In this document: in pieces, positions 48,016 through 60,889 of the stretch | Numbering within the stretch: position 1 is the first letter of the stretch | Layout of the letters: each line of letters starts with the position of its first letter | NCBI GenBank assembly: GCA_002269645.1 | Contig: NIVC01003933.1 | Location: 1-64,000, forward strand | Source of the DNA: Macrostomum lignano | Taxonomy: Eukaryota | Reading direction: 5' to 3' | Length of the DNA stretch: 64,000 nt | Program-made: the position numbers and the translations under genes | The notes under the pieces: generated by a model | What the model saw: the letters and a program-made list of their open reading frames with translations, nothing else | What the model was told of the DNA's origin: nothing | Database searches by the model: none

Positions 48016-49224
48016 CTCAATAGCTGTTAAATAGCTGGGGTAATGGCGGGTGTATGTGGTGACCCCCCAGTCCTTGAACTCATCAGCCCTTCCGATGCGC
48101 AGTGCAATAGCTGCGGCTGAGCTGTCGGTTGCAGATCTGCTCATTAGGGCAGGTGTAATCTATTATTACTGTTGCTGCTATTTGCTGCTATTAAGAGTTC
48201 ATACACTGAACTTAATCTTTAATCGGTATTCAGTATCATAGCGTGTATGAAAGTTCAATTCATTAGAAATGAAATTATTGTCTTAGTTCGAGTTTAAGTT
48301 CAAGTTTGTTTTAACCGGGTGAAATCAGAGCATATTAGTTTCCTTTTTTATTTTCGTGCAACTTGTTATCTAGTAGAATTATCAGTTCAGCATAAAATGT
48401 TTTTTTTTTGAAGTAAATGTAACAATTCTAGTAAAAAAGTAAATTAAGATTTTTTCTAACTCTCCATTAAAAGCAACAGTAAGAATAATGTATAAAAAGC
48501 CATGTACCACTGGAATTAGAGTAAGAATAAAAATCTACTTTTGGATAGACGTGCATCGATTGAAAATTACGTGCAACTCTCGCAAAAGAGTACGTAATAA
48601 ACTTACATTTTATGTTTTTTTGTGAGAAATATGTTGTTACTAATATTATCATCAAGGTTACTACTTGTTAAGACATTAGGAAACGAAAACACTTAATTTT
48701 TTTGTATTATCCTAAGCGGATAAAAATTCTATCAAGCCAATCAAGCGCACTGCCACTCTTCTAAATTGTCAAGCTAAGCAGCCAATTATTCTAGCCGCAG
48801 AAACTATGATTTCTCATAGAATTATTAATTTAATTTGCAGCATTTAATTTGGTCCAACAAGCATCAATTTGGTTCATAGCGGCTCTGTAGTTTCAGCCCT
48901 AGATTTTCATTTAGACACGACTGTCACAAGCAGTGAGAAGCAAGATCAGTCCCTAGAATCGTGGACTATAGTGCTACACTGTTAAACGAACGCCACGGGC
49001 TTGCGATCGAAGTGCAGTTTTGACCATGTTTAAATGCTCTCTTTGTTATTTTATAGTTGAGCAGATTGAATATTTGACGTCATATTTTAATGGTACAGTG
49101 AAATTTGTCACTCATGATTAGGATTCATAGCCGCTATGAGCTAAATTGATGCTTATGAACCAAAGCTTCCATTACTTTGACAGACGTATCTTGGATTAAA
49201 TTCAATGCTATTACACAAAGTCCA

Positions 49225-51197
49225 TTAACTATCTTGGCCCAGATAAGCTGGGTAATCCAGAGAGTTTTGCGAAGCAATTTTCTCAGCCAAAGTTTCATTG
49301 TTAGCCGACACGATGAGCTTGCTCTGCGGAGTAAGCGGCTCGCAGATTCTCAATACAATCGATCGCGGCTTGCAACTCAGCTTGCGAAACAATGCCATCG
49401 ACCTCTCCGAATAGTCTGCCGAGGAAAGCATCAGAATGTACCGGTTCTCAATGTCGTGCTCCTGCACTTGAGCAACTACGGACGACAGAATACCGACTAC
49501 AAAGTTAATGAATAGAATCGGCACAAATAGCACGTAGAATATGTGGGTCACGTTCAGGTCGATGCGATCGTTCTTCGGTACAAATATCGTCGTGTCAACA
49601 ATGTTCAAAGAAACTAGAAATGTCTCGTAGAAGGCGGCTAGAAACTGAGGAATTGTATCCGGCCTGCTAGTAGTAGAATTAGTTGAGCTAGAGAAGATAA
49701 AGTTCGACTGAAACATTCGCGCGAAGATGGCCATAAGTACCAAATAGAGGACTATAAAGAAGGTGAACGCTGTTAAACTGTTGTAGAAACTGCTCATTAA
49801 AGTAGTCAGTGGCCGCAACAGGCGAAGATAGCAGACAAGAAGACAGGCACTAGACAGCAACAGAATTATGTTGCATAGACCAGTGACAGTGTAAATAAAG
49901 TGACCGAATAGTTGGCAAGCGCGTTCAGCATCCAAGTAGATCCAAAACAGACCGACAGTGGCAGGAAACGAGACTAAGGTAGGCAAGTTCCACGTCAACA
50001 TGTCATAGTAGTACTTCCTTGGCCATTTAGGATAATTTACTTGGTTCCTGAAATATTTATCAAAAAATGGCAAAAACGTCTTAACAAACTGACAATTGCA
50101 AACCAACCGAATGGCACAATAGTGAAATGGCATTACAAACGTACTCACCTTATATATTCCTTGCGAACAACTCCATACAACATAGAAAACGTTCCAAGCG
50201 AAGTGTACGCAAGCCAAACCGAGAGAACTACAACTGTTCCAATAGGAATATCGGCATTCACGCCGGCGCATCTAAACTTGATGTAATCGTTGAGAATGCT
50301 GCCAGTGAACACAACAGTAAACACAGTGAGCAGAACACCGACGAAAAGAATGGTATAGAGATACATCTTATTCGACTCAAAAAGCAGGTCAACCCACTGT
50401 TTCCAGATGAAGTTGTGCCTAAAAATTCCGATTTTCTTGAGCTCCGGCAGGGTTGATTCGCCGTACAAATCAAGCAGGATGCAGATTGGGCTGGTGAAAT
50501 AACACGGATTTTCACCAACGAGTTCAGACACATCCATAGTGATGTGCTCAGTAATGCCGATAGCCTCCGACTTTACAAGACAGTTGGGTGAGAAATAGTA
50601 AATGACGTACTCAACGTAGTTTGCAAGACCGAGGTACACACCCCAGCTCAATGGACTCATGCCGGCAACACTTCGAGAATTAAGCATAACAGTATGCTGT
50701 TTCTGAGTGAAAAGCACACGATGGAACAAGCACACCAAGTCAAAAATTTCTGTCTTCGAACCCGTTTCCAATCGGCGCTTGGATGAAAAACTAAGTGCTC
50801 CAAACAAATGATGATAAGCGTTGAAGCCGTGCTCAACAATGCTGCTGAAGTCAACGCCAGACTCATTCATGTAAATCAGACACTTCTGTGCGTTATAAAA
50901 CATCGCGATAAAGAAAGGGTTGGTAGGAAACGGATGCACATTATTGCACATAGCAACAGTGCTAGCGAACTGCGGACTGCATTCAAGCCAAACACTACCT
51001 GTGTCTCTGCTTTGCAGGAACTGCTTCCAGTTGATGTGCCTTGAAAAAACTTTTAAGTCTTCAACGTTGTCCTCGGCGAGACACTTAATGAAAGCCAACC
51101 AGTCCTCGTTGGTTGGTAAAAAGTCCAAGATGTTGTAGGGACATTCGATCATTTCCGGTGTATCCAACTTGGGCAAGATAGAATTTTTGTGCTTCAT
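49225..51197 (-). CDS. Divergent TRPV-like channel, copy A (~623 aa, 2 exons)
   Basis: Exons 51197-50149 and 50047-49225 (101-nt GT-AG phase-2 intron; in-frame TGA 9 nt upstream of the ATG). Ankyrin-like AGMSPLSWGVYLG; TRPV linker/pre-S1 HITMDVSEL..IWKQW; six hydrophobic segments; pore FYETFLVSLNIVD; S6 LFINFVVGILSS; TRP-helix-like ENRYILML..SER. Confidence 0.8.
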
Positions 51198-53368
51198 TTC
51201 GAATCAAGTTTTGTTTTGCTGTAGTAAAATATTCCGCGTACAGTTGAAAACAACGTTCTGCGTTCCGATATTGACTTTTAGGCGCCAGTTTATAGGGCAA
51301 GCTAATCAGATTATATCATTGGCTATGCTTGGCTCTCCAGTAATCACATGACAGTGATTGGCTGTGTTACTCACTTCAGCAAGTTTTTCGTTTGAAATCA
51401 ACACTAGCTGTTAGTGTAAAATCAAGTGGCCAGATCAGAATACCAGACAGTACTTGGGGGCCCTTGATAAATTCACCTGGCTTTGTGAAACAATAAAACT
51501 GTCTATAGAATCTGCTATTGTATTATAATCCGAAGGCTAGGCAAACAGCGGCCGGGAAAAGTGGACCTGAGTGGGCAATCAATAATCAACTATGCAAATA
51601 TTTACCTTCCGAGCCAGTTGGGAAACCGAGAGCTCACTCTGAGCTAATCCGCTTAACTAGCACAGCATCCGCTGTGTGCCAGCCAGAATGACAAAGAAAA
51701 ATCATGCGACGAAGTTTATTTCTGTTGGCATGGCAACGGATTGACTGGCGTAGCAAAATGCGAATCAAACTGGATTTACAAGCTATCCAAAGCCGTGCAT
51801 TGATTTAATTATTGATAAGGTGAACGGAAGTGCTTGACTAGGACTATGAATAACTAGGCTCCCTGGGCTGGAAACGTTAATATTAATTAGACTAGAAGTT
51901 CTTCCATCAAAAACTTACTGGTTAGAAATATGTGCAAAAAAATCCCTAAGATAAAAGGATTGAGCCAGTCTATACAGAAAACTGTGCTCTGGGGGAAATA
52001 TAGAGGGCCCATCCCAAGACCATGCAAACTGCGTTTGGAGAGAGACACGCAGTTTGCAATGCACAATGGACAGCTAGCAAATGAGACAGCTAGGAAAGCT
52101 ATTTAGATAAAAGCTGTTTTCGTCTCCCCAAAGTCATACAACAAAAGCAACGTAAAATAACGTCTCCAACCTAGCAACCTACTAGAACTTTTTTTTCATG
52201 AAATACATGAAAAACAGGTACTTAATAAAAAATAAACCGAAGCCATAACTCTGAGCTGCATCTTTTCTTAATGCTTGAATATTATTATAGCCAGTTTTAA
52301 TTATCACTATCTAGTTCTTATGAAACTTAATGGACAGCTACATGTAATCTAAAGTAGCAGCTGTTGAAAGAGTTCACACTGCCCGAAATTCTGACTGTTC
52401 CACTTGTGACCTGGTGATCAAATATTGATAATACGCATCTGACTGATTGATCAAACACTCTTGTTTTAAAATATCAAGTGATTGACACTCGGTAAAGCAC
52501 TGAGCAGTATGCCACAAAAAGAATTCATTGATTGGTAGCAGGCATTAATGTCAAATATTTGCGACATAGGAGCGTGGCCAAGGGATCGCTGCAATTCTAA
52601 GCAATATGGGCGGGGGTTTAGACCCGATTGAGACGGCATAGAACTGCATCGATTAATTACACTATAAGTAGCTACACTCACAATTTAGCTACTGAGTGTA
52701 CTTCGAGAAAATTCACAATCCATTTATCCAGAAAAGAATTGTACAGCTTTCGATAGCTTTGTTTTATCAATGTTTATTTTTAAAAGAGAATTATTTTAGA
52801 ACACGACAAATAGCATTTGGTAATATTTCGTAGTTAAATGTAAACGCGAGTTTAATAACAGACTATAAGTTTCTATCACATTTTGCAATTGCATTTCCGT
52901 CATGCATGCTTGCTTTATAGATTTGAATCAGAATAATTTGTCCGATTGCAAAACTGCAAAACGGTACATTGCAAAAATTCTGTCCGATTACGCAAAAGTG
53001 AAACTGTAGAATCAAGGATAGGAACTCGGTTATCCTTGATAATCGAGGATAACCGATTATTCAACTTCCTCTCGGTTATTCAACTTCACTATCCAGATTA
53101 GAAATACTATTCGGCCATATCCGGATATTCGATCGGGTAAGGACATATTAGAATTCAGATAACAAACATCCGACTAAATTTTCGTCTAAATTTAGCGCAA
53201 ACGCAACGGTTGGTTTTTAAAGCCCTTTCTGAGCACACACAATATTGAACAAAGAAATTCTATACTATTACTATTGCATCACGTAATAGATTTACAGAGC
53301 ACAGAATGCCACTATGTTTAAAAAAAACTGAGTGAATTTTCAATTGTATCAATTTGCGACGAAATATG

Positions 53369-55312
53369 TCACAGAGGTCGCTGCGGAATCATTGACTCGA
53401 GCGTATTACGACAAAATGCAACAAGCTTGCTTTCCGGACTAAGCGGCTGACAAATCGACAATTTAACTGTTTGATGGCCCAATAAGCGTCGAATCAATCC
53501 ATTAATAAAATAGAATGTGCGCTCGGAAAATTCGGACGCCCCCAGCATTAAAATGTAGCGATTTTCAACGTCGTGTTCGATAACTTGAGAAACAACAGAC
53601 GACAGAATTCCGACAACGAAGTTTATGAATAGAATCGGCACAAACAGTACGTAGAACAGGTGTGTCACATTGAGATCAATCCGATCGTCTGCTGGCCTGA
53701 ATATTGTCGTATCGACGATGTTCAACGATACTAAAAACGTTTGATAGAAAGCTGCCAAAAAATCTGGAAACGTGTCGGATCGGCTGGTCGTAGTATTGCT
53801 GGCGCTTGAGAAAATAAAGTTGGACTGAAACATTCGCGCAAAAATCACCATCAAACAGAGGTACATAAAGACAAACACGCTGAAAGTACCTAGACTGTTG
53901 TAGAAGCTGCTCATCAAGGTAGTAAGGGAGGATACTAGGCGAAGATAGCACACGATTAGGCTGACACAAGTCATCAACAAGAGAATGTGGCACAAGCTAC
54001 TAACAGTGTAAATAAAATCTTTAAATATCGCGCAGCTCCGACCAGTGTCAAGGTAAATCCAAAGCAAGAACACTGTAATTAGCAAGGCAACAGTGCTAGG
54101 AAATAGCCAGCCAACTAGGTCTCTGTAGTTTCGGCGTGGTATTTTCGGGTATCCGACTTTGTGCCTGCAATAAAAACCAGGGAAAATTCGATAAACAGAA
54201 TACTGAATATAAGAATCGATTGTATAGCTACGCATGGACAGTGATGGTTACCTATAGTATTCCTTTCGAGCAACTCCAAATGCAGCAATAAAAACGGATG
54301 AACCCGAAGTGATAAGCCAGGTGAGTAAGACACAAACCGTTCCAGTTGGATACACAGAAGGAGCATTTTCGCACTTGCTTTTAATATAGTCGTTGCCACT
54401 GCTACCGGTAAAGACTACAGTGACTACAGTCAGCAAAATGGCGAGCAGCAAGTAAAAAAATATGACGACTCGATTGCGCTTAAACATTAAATCCACCCAG
54501 TGCTTCCACAGATAACCTTTCCGAAATATGCCGAGCCTTTTTAACTCGGGCAGAGTAGACTCGCCGTAAATGTCCAGCATGACGGAAAGTGGACTAGTAA
54601 AGAAGCTCGGATCCTCACCAGTAACATCTGACACATCCATAGTGATGTGCTCGTTGATACCCAGAGACTCGGAATGCACTGTACAATTTGGCGAAAAGTA
54701 GTAAATCACGTATTCTACCTGATCTGGCAGACCAATGTACACGCCCCAAGAGAGCGGTGTCATGCCATTTTGGCAAACTGATTTAATCATCGAACTCTGC
54801 TGATCGCGGGTGAACAAAGTGCAATGAAATAAAGTGATCAGCTCGCTATACTTGGCCAACGGAGCGTCGGGGCATCGACGGATCGACATGAAGTGTATGG
54901 CGCTAAATAAGACATGATAAGCGGACACGCCGCGCTCTCTTAGCTTGGAGAAGTCGACGCCGGACTCCATCATAAAAATCAGGCATTTTTGCGCGTTGAA
55001 GAACATAGCGACAAAGAATGGATTAGTGGGATACGGATGCTTTCCGGAGATTAATCCGCCTGGCAGAGTGAACTCATTTGAACAGTTGAGCCATACATTC
55101 TTAACGTCGCAACTTTGTAGGAAACGATTCCAGTCAACGTACTTAGAAAATATCTGCAAGTCTTCGACATTGTCATCGGCTAGACATTTGAGAAAGGACA
55201 ACCAATACGATTCTGTTGGTAAAAATTGTACTATGTCGAACTCACATTCGACTGTCTCGTTTAAGCCTGATTCAGACGACCCTACTGTAGCCGACGTAGT
55301 CAGTTCAAGCAT
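53369..55312 (-). CDS. Divergent TRPV-like channel, copy B (~618 aa, 2 exons), tandem paralog of copy A
   Basis: Exons 55312-54252 and 54164-53369 (87-nt GT-AG phase-2 intron at the same protein position as in copy A: EYYR|HKVGYPK vs EYIR|NQVNYPK). NGMTPLSWGVYIG; pore FYQTFLVSLNIVD; identical S6. Confidence 0.8.
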
Positions 55313-57436
55313 TGTCAAGCTTTGCTAGACAAGTTAGACTTACTATTGAACTCTATTGCTTGCCAAAATATGAGACTGTATGAGCACTACGCGGTGAGCT
55401 GGACTCATTCTTTAAAAAAACTTTTGATCACACACAAATCAACGGGGACAGACAGAAACGGCTTACTATTGGCTGGGAAGGCAATGAAAAATAAACTGGT
55501 TTCTCTCTGCAGCGACAGCGAATCGCAGAAGCTGAACAAAAGCAAATTAAGCAGTTTTCCTCATCAAAAAGACATTAGACTGAATATTCCATGTGACTTA
55601 TCCCATGTTAACTACGTAAATTATCGGACTATATAAAAGCAAATTAGCAAACAAATCATCAAAGTTATCAAATGCATAGGATGATAGGCCAGTGAGTAGC
55701 CTACCTCATAAAAGCAATATCCAATCAATCTAATCTACTGCAATCTAATTAAAGCAAGTGTACACCGGTTTCGTTTAGGCAAACAATGGACGAGTGGGAA
55801 CCCCAGTGAGTAGGAATCAATTGATTACTTTATAGTAATTAAATAGCAATCAGCCAAGCGGTACCTGGATCCGAGATACGTCACGTAGGTTAGCTAAAAA
55901 TTTTGCCTCCCGTCTCTGTGTACACACCAATCAGAAATTGCCGATTGGAAAGAGAGACCTTGCTGCATATTAGAAACTACTATTGGCGTTGGAAAAATAT
56001 TCACATCAATAATTACTGAATGCTTTTCTAGTTTACCTTGACTTAAAAACTAAAATGCTAAATATAGGACTTATATCTGAGTTAATCGACAAGTCAATTA
56101 TGGGTATAGGCGATATAGATAAAAGTTATGCTAATCAAAATATTATATGACAGCCAAAATTCCAGCTAACTTTGACAGCCTAGGAATCAGTTGATTGCCA
56201 CTGGCCAGATCACGTGACCCCCTTTTTTTTAACACTGGCTGTAGAGTGGAGTCAATACAGATAAACTGCTACGCTGCTGACAAATTTAATTACCTAATTA
56301 GCCTAATTAGTCTTTACTAACGAAGCAAGAATGGCTTGTTAGAAAAAAATTTTACAACTCACAAGCTCTATGGATTGTTAACGAACATAAATTTATATAA
56401 ATCATAATTGGTATCGATTTTGGCTATTAATAAAATCAACTGCTATAAAACTTAATTTCATAAGAATTTTCAAAAAAATAAATGAAATTCTAACAAAATA
56501 TAACAAATGGCTAAGTGACAAATACAGAAAACTTAATAGTTAACCTCTATAATGCGCTTAAAATTGTATAACATATCTGATAAATAAACAAGTCAAATTA
56601 CTGTTTAAAAATAAGTACAGTATCAAATTGAAGTGAAAGCCGTGTATTTTAAAACACAACCGCTTCGTTTTTAGTCAGTTATTGGAAAATCAAAGCAATG
56701 AAGTCCGCTTGAACAGTCAGTGAAAGAAAAGCTTAACTAAAGTTAGAGTCAAGTGTCCGAAAGCTACTTGTAGTAGTGATGCTACAATTTTAGTTAAACA
56801 TAAGTATTATAGCATTTTTTAATTGGAACCGGAGAACAGAAACGCGTGTTAAAGGTAAGATTTTTACAAACGCATTTGTAAGAATATGACACTTAAAATA
56901 ATTTAATTGAAGCTACCCGCATATTATATATACTGTTACTAAAAAATGTATATTACAATACGATAGACTCATGATAAACAAAATATCATCTCTCTCAAAG
57001 AGGACATCAGACTTTAGAGCATGATAATCTAAATATAAAATATACATAATAAAAGCTTAATAAGCCACTTCTATAGTTTGTAGTTAGCAAGTAAACTCTT
57101 TCATTAATTTTAACTGCTAGGTTTTACCGTATTCCATATTAATATGGGATGAATTGGAGAAAATGCGGATTTCATGCGAACTCCGGTCATGCTAAATTTC
57201 AAACCTGGATGCCATTCAATTCAAGTTCCAATCTGAGTTTTATATAACTCATACTTTATTTCAGGTATCAATAATTTTATTTTTTAAATTTTTCAAACCT
57301 ACTAAGAGGGTAGAACAAAATTGTTGGTTTGAATTGAATTTTCACTTTGACATTCTTGAGTTCATACCCAGGATGTTAAATGGCACAGCGATTCTGAACG
57401 CTTAACAAAAACCCAGTTGACACATTTAAATGACCC

Positions 57437-57989
57437 TTACAGATACTAAAATAGCTAGACTAGATGGGCCACTCAGGTATAAATAATTATTAAAATAAGC
57501 TTTCTACTTTCAGTTCAGTAGCAAAGAAGAATACGTAAGCTATTTTTAAAAAATCAAGGCAGCTGAGATGACTGATAATTCCAGAAGCCCAAAAGCTTGC
57601 AGACGCGTAAACAACTTGCTAATTGGTTCAGGCATAATGTACATTAGCCAGTCCACTGAAATGTACATGGCAGATTTAGGCTGGAATTCCGAGAAAGGCA
57701 ATAAAAATTTGGGTCGGGGCGGGGCGTAGTGTGGAAAGGCGCGGTTGGGGTGGGGTTTAAACTGGGGGTAAGAGGCATGCTGAAATGTACATGACTACAT
57801 GGCAGCTTTAGGCTGGAATTCCGACAAAGGCAAAAAAAATTGGCCGGGGCGGGGCGTAGGGTGGAAAAGCGCGGTTAGGGGGGGGGTTTAAACTGGGGGT
57901 AAGAGGCAATAAGTGAGCCTTGGCTTTTAAAATATTGAACTGAAAGTAGCTTGCACGCAAATGTACAGTGGTCCATCTAGTTGTCTGTG
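57437..57989. mobile_element. MITE copy 2 (same family as 34385-34842, opposite orientation, internal ~120-bp duplication)
   Basis: ACAGATACTAAAATAGCTAGACTAGATGGGCCACTCAGG at left, GTGGTCCATCTAGTTGTCTGTG at right; interior is the reverse complement of copy 1; AATGACCC on both flanks. Confidence 0.72.
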
Positions 57990-58070
57990 AATGACCCAAG
58001 CAAAATAACTTTACCCCTACCCCTGTTTCGCGGTCTCACTGCAACATAAATTAAAATAATGTTAAACGAA

Positions 58071-58715
58071 TTAAGCAGCCAAGAAAAACTCGTAGCCCTT
58101 AGGTATGAAAGGCGGCGGTCTTGGCTGTGGCGGCAGCCGAGTGAAGCTGTAACCGCTAGGTCGATACTGCAGCTGGTGCTGCCGCAGGCCGCCAGTGAAC
58201 ATACCAATTGACGGCGTCAGGCCCAACTGTACTCCGTACTTAGACAAAACTGCATCAGCTAGCATGGCAACCGTGAATCTGGAGCAATTACAGGCTAGCA
58301 CAGCCTCTAATAGGCACAGATGCAGGGCCTGGCCAGGTCGCAGGGCCAACAGGCCAGTCAAGGTGATGCTGAAGCTGAGCAAGAATGACAGCCAGAAGAA
58401 CAGATCGAAGCCAACAGTGGATCGCCAGGCTAGCAGGGGCAGCAGCATCGCACGGCAGCAGCCAGCAACTAAAACTAATTTGGCAGTCTTGTGCAGGCTC
58501 AGGCTGCCTCGGTTAACGAACTCGTTGGATAAGATGGCTAAGATCTGGGGGCGGGGCAGGGGCGGAATTACTTTGCAAAAAGGCTTTGATATATACAAGC
58601 TGTTTATAAGCTGGGACACTGCGATCAACAGCAAAAACAGAAACCAAGGCCAAAAAATTTACACGAAGGAAGTTGGAAGCTAATTTATTTGATTGATTAG
58701 TATTGTGCCAACGAG

Positions 58716-58765
<50 letters not shown>

Positions 58766-59476
58766 AATAGACAGAAAGACAGACACACAGACACAGAAAG
58801 ACAGACAGACAGACAGACAGACAGACATAAACTGAGACAGACAGAAAGACACGAACTGAGACAGACAGACAGACACTAAGACAGACAGACAGACAGAGAG
58901 ACAGACAGACAGACAGAAAGACAGACAGACAGACAGACAGACAGAAAGACAGACACACAGACAGACAGACAGACAGACAGACACAGACAGACAGACAGAC
59001 ACAGACAGACAGACATAAACTGAGACAGACAGACAGACACTAAGACAGACAGACAGACAGACAGAGAGACAGACAGACAGACAGAAAGACAGACAGACAG
59101 ACAGACAGACAGAAAGACAGACACACAGACAGACAGACAGACAGACAGACACAGACAGACAGACAGACACAGACAGACAGACATAAACTGAGACAGACAG
59201 ACAGACACTAAGACAGACAGACAGACAGACAGAGAGACAGACAGACAGACAGAAAGACAGACAGACAGACAGACAGACAGAAAGACAGACACACAGACAG
59301 ACAGACAGACAGACAGAAAGACAGACACACAGACAGACAGACAGACAGACACAGACAGACAGACAGACACAGACAGACAGACATAAACTGAGACAGACAG
59401 ACAGACACTAAGACAGACAGACAGACAGAGAGACAGACAGACAGACAGAAAGACAGACAGACAGAAAGACAGACAC

Positions 59477-59523
<47 letters not shown>

Positions 59524-60174
59524 CAGACAGACAGACATAAACTGAGACAGACAGAAAGACACGAACTGAGACAGACAGACAGACAGACAGAGAGACAGAC
59601 AGACAGACAGAAAGACAGACACACAGACAGACAGACAGAAAGACAGACACAGACAGACAGACAGACACAGACACTACCACAAATCTAAAACGATACGCAC
59701 ACAGATACAAAGCAGACACATCTCACACAAGACAACACAGACTAATAGGCTCACCATAGAGGCAGTCTGCAAAGTGGACACCAATAGCTTAGCATAGAAT
59801 TCCATCTCTTTAGCAGCCGAGAACACGGCAGCGGACAGATCCGAGTCCAAGTCTCTGGCCTCCAGCCACAAAGCGTAGGCCTCGCAGATGACTAACAGCA
59901 GCAGGCCGCGCCACACGGCCCCATGCGCCAGTCGGTGATTATGCAACAGATGGCGCATAGCAGCCAGTCTATGCAAAAGTATATCTAAGGCTAGCAACAG
60001 GCGATCGCATTCAATATATCGATCAGCTGGTTGACCGCATTTGTTACACTTGGCCAATTGCACTACATCTGCGCTGTACTTGGTGTAGAGACTGGAAACA
60101 GATGAGCCGCATTCTACACAAATGTAATCATTATAGTTGGCTTCTTTTGGTTTAGACTCGTTTGAAGACTGCAT
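58071..60174 (-). CDS. ARV1: ARV1 family ER membrane protein (~297 aa, 2 exons)
   Basis: Exon 1 60174-59755 has the Arv1 zinc motif [48 protein letters not shown]. Exon 2 best acceptor 58544 to TAA at 58071 ([20 protein letters not shown]). Phase-0 GT-AG intron; upstream in-frame alternative acceptors exist. Confidence 0.88.
58715..59670. repeat. (GACA)n-based microsatellite with variant blocks (ARV1 intron)
   Basis: Direct reading. Confidence 0.93.
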
Positions 60175-60889
60175 GGTTGCAGTAGAGACAGGTGCATGTT
60201 TGTTCTTTTATAAAGTTCATAATGAATTTGGCTTATTTTAATGCTAGCATATTTAGAAATCTTTTAAAATTAAAAGCTTGAGAACCACTGCATTAGGGGT
60301 CAGCAACATTTTTCCTTTTAAATTTTTAGAACAACAATCTTTCATTTATTGCAACTACAAAATCAAAATAAAAACAAAAACAAAATCAAAATTATTTTAT
60401 AGAAGGATAATTAATAAATCAATAAATAGGAAACCAAGACATTTTATTTACTATATTTTTTATGATAAATTTTGTTATTTATAAAATTTATTCTATAGTA
60501 TACCTGTTTTACCTTCAATGCTTATATAATACACATTTAAAAGGTTGGATCACAACTATACTATATGCTAATGCTAATAGACTAGGAGAGGTCCAATGGA
60601 TAGACCAAGGGAAATGTTTGATAGATAGACTAGGAGATCTACTTAATGTGTATTAACAGTCCAAAGACTGGCTTAATTAATAGCAATAGCAATATCAATC
60701 CATAGAATGCCCTCAATGTGCCAAGGCCAGATGCTTAGTTGGCTCTTTTAGAGTATACTAGCAATCCTCGTCCCCCGATGGGGGGCATCTAGATAGAATC
60801 TCTGGCTCTCTACAAGTATCAAAAAGACTGCCAAATAAAGCCTTCACATAGACAATAGAAAAACTGCTCAAATGAAGTGCAATGCAAAA

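Noticed and set aside
53009-53060. 10-bp perfect hairpin ATCAAGGATA...TATCCTTGAT as a transposon end or RNA gene
   Set aside because: No partner terminus or RNA-family features visible; too little evidence.
54228-54251. 24-nt GT-AG micro-intron or stop read-through in TRPV-like copy B
   Set aside because: The two ORFs are in frame across a TAA, but alignment with copy A places the acceptor at 54165 (TTTTATTGCAG|G CAC AAA), giving an ordinary 87-nt intron.
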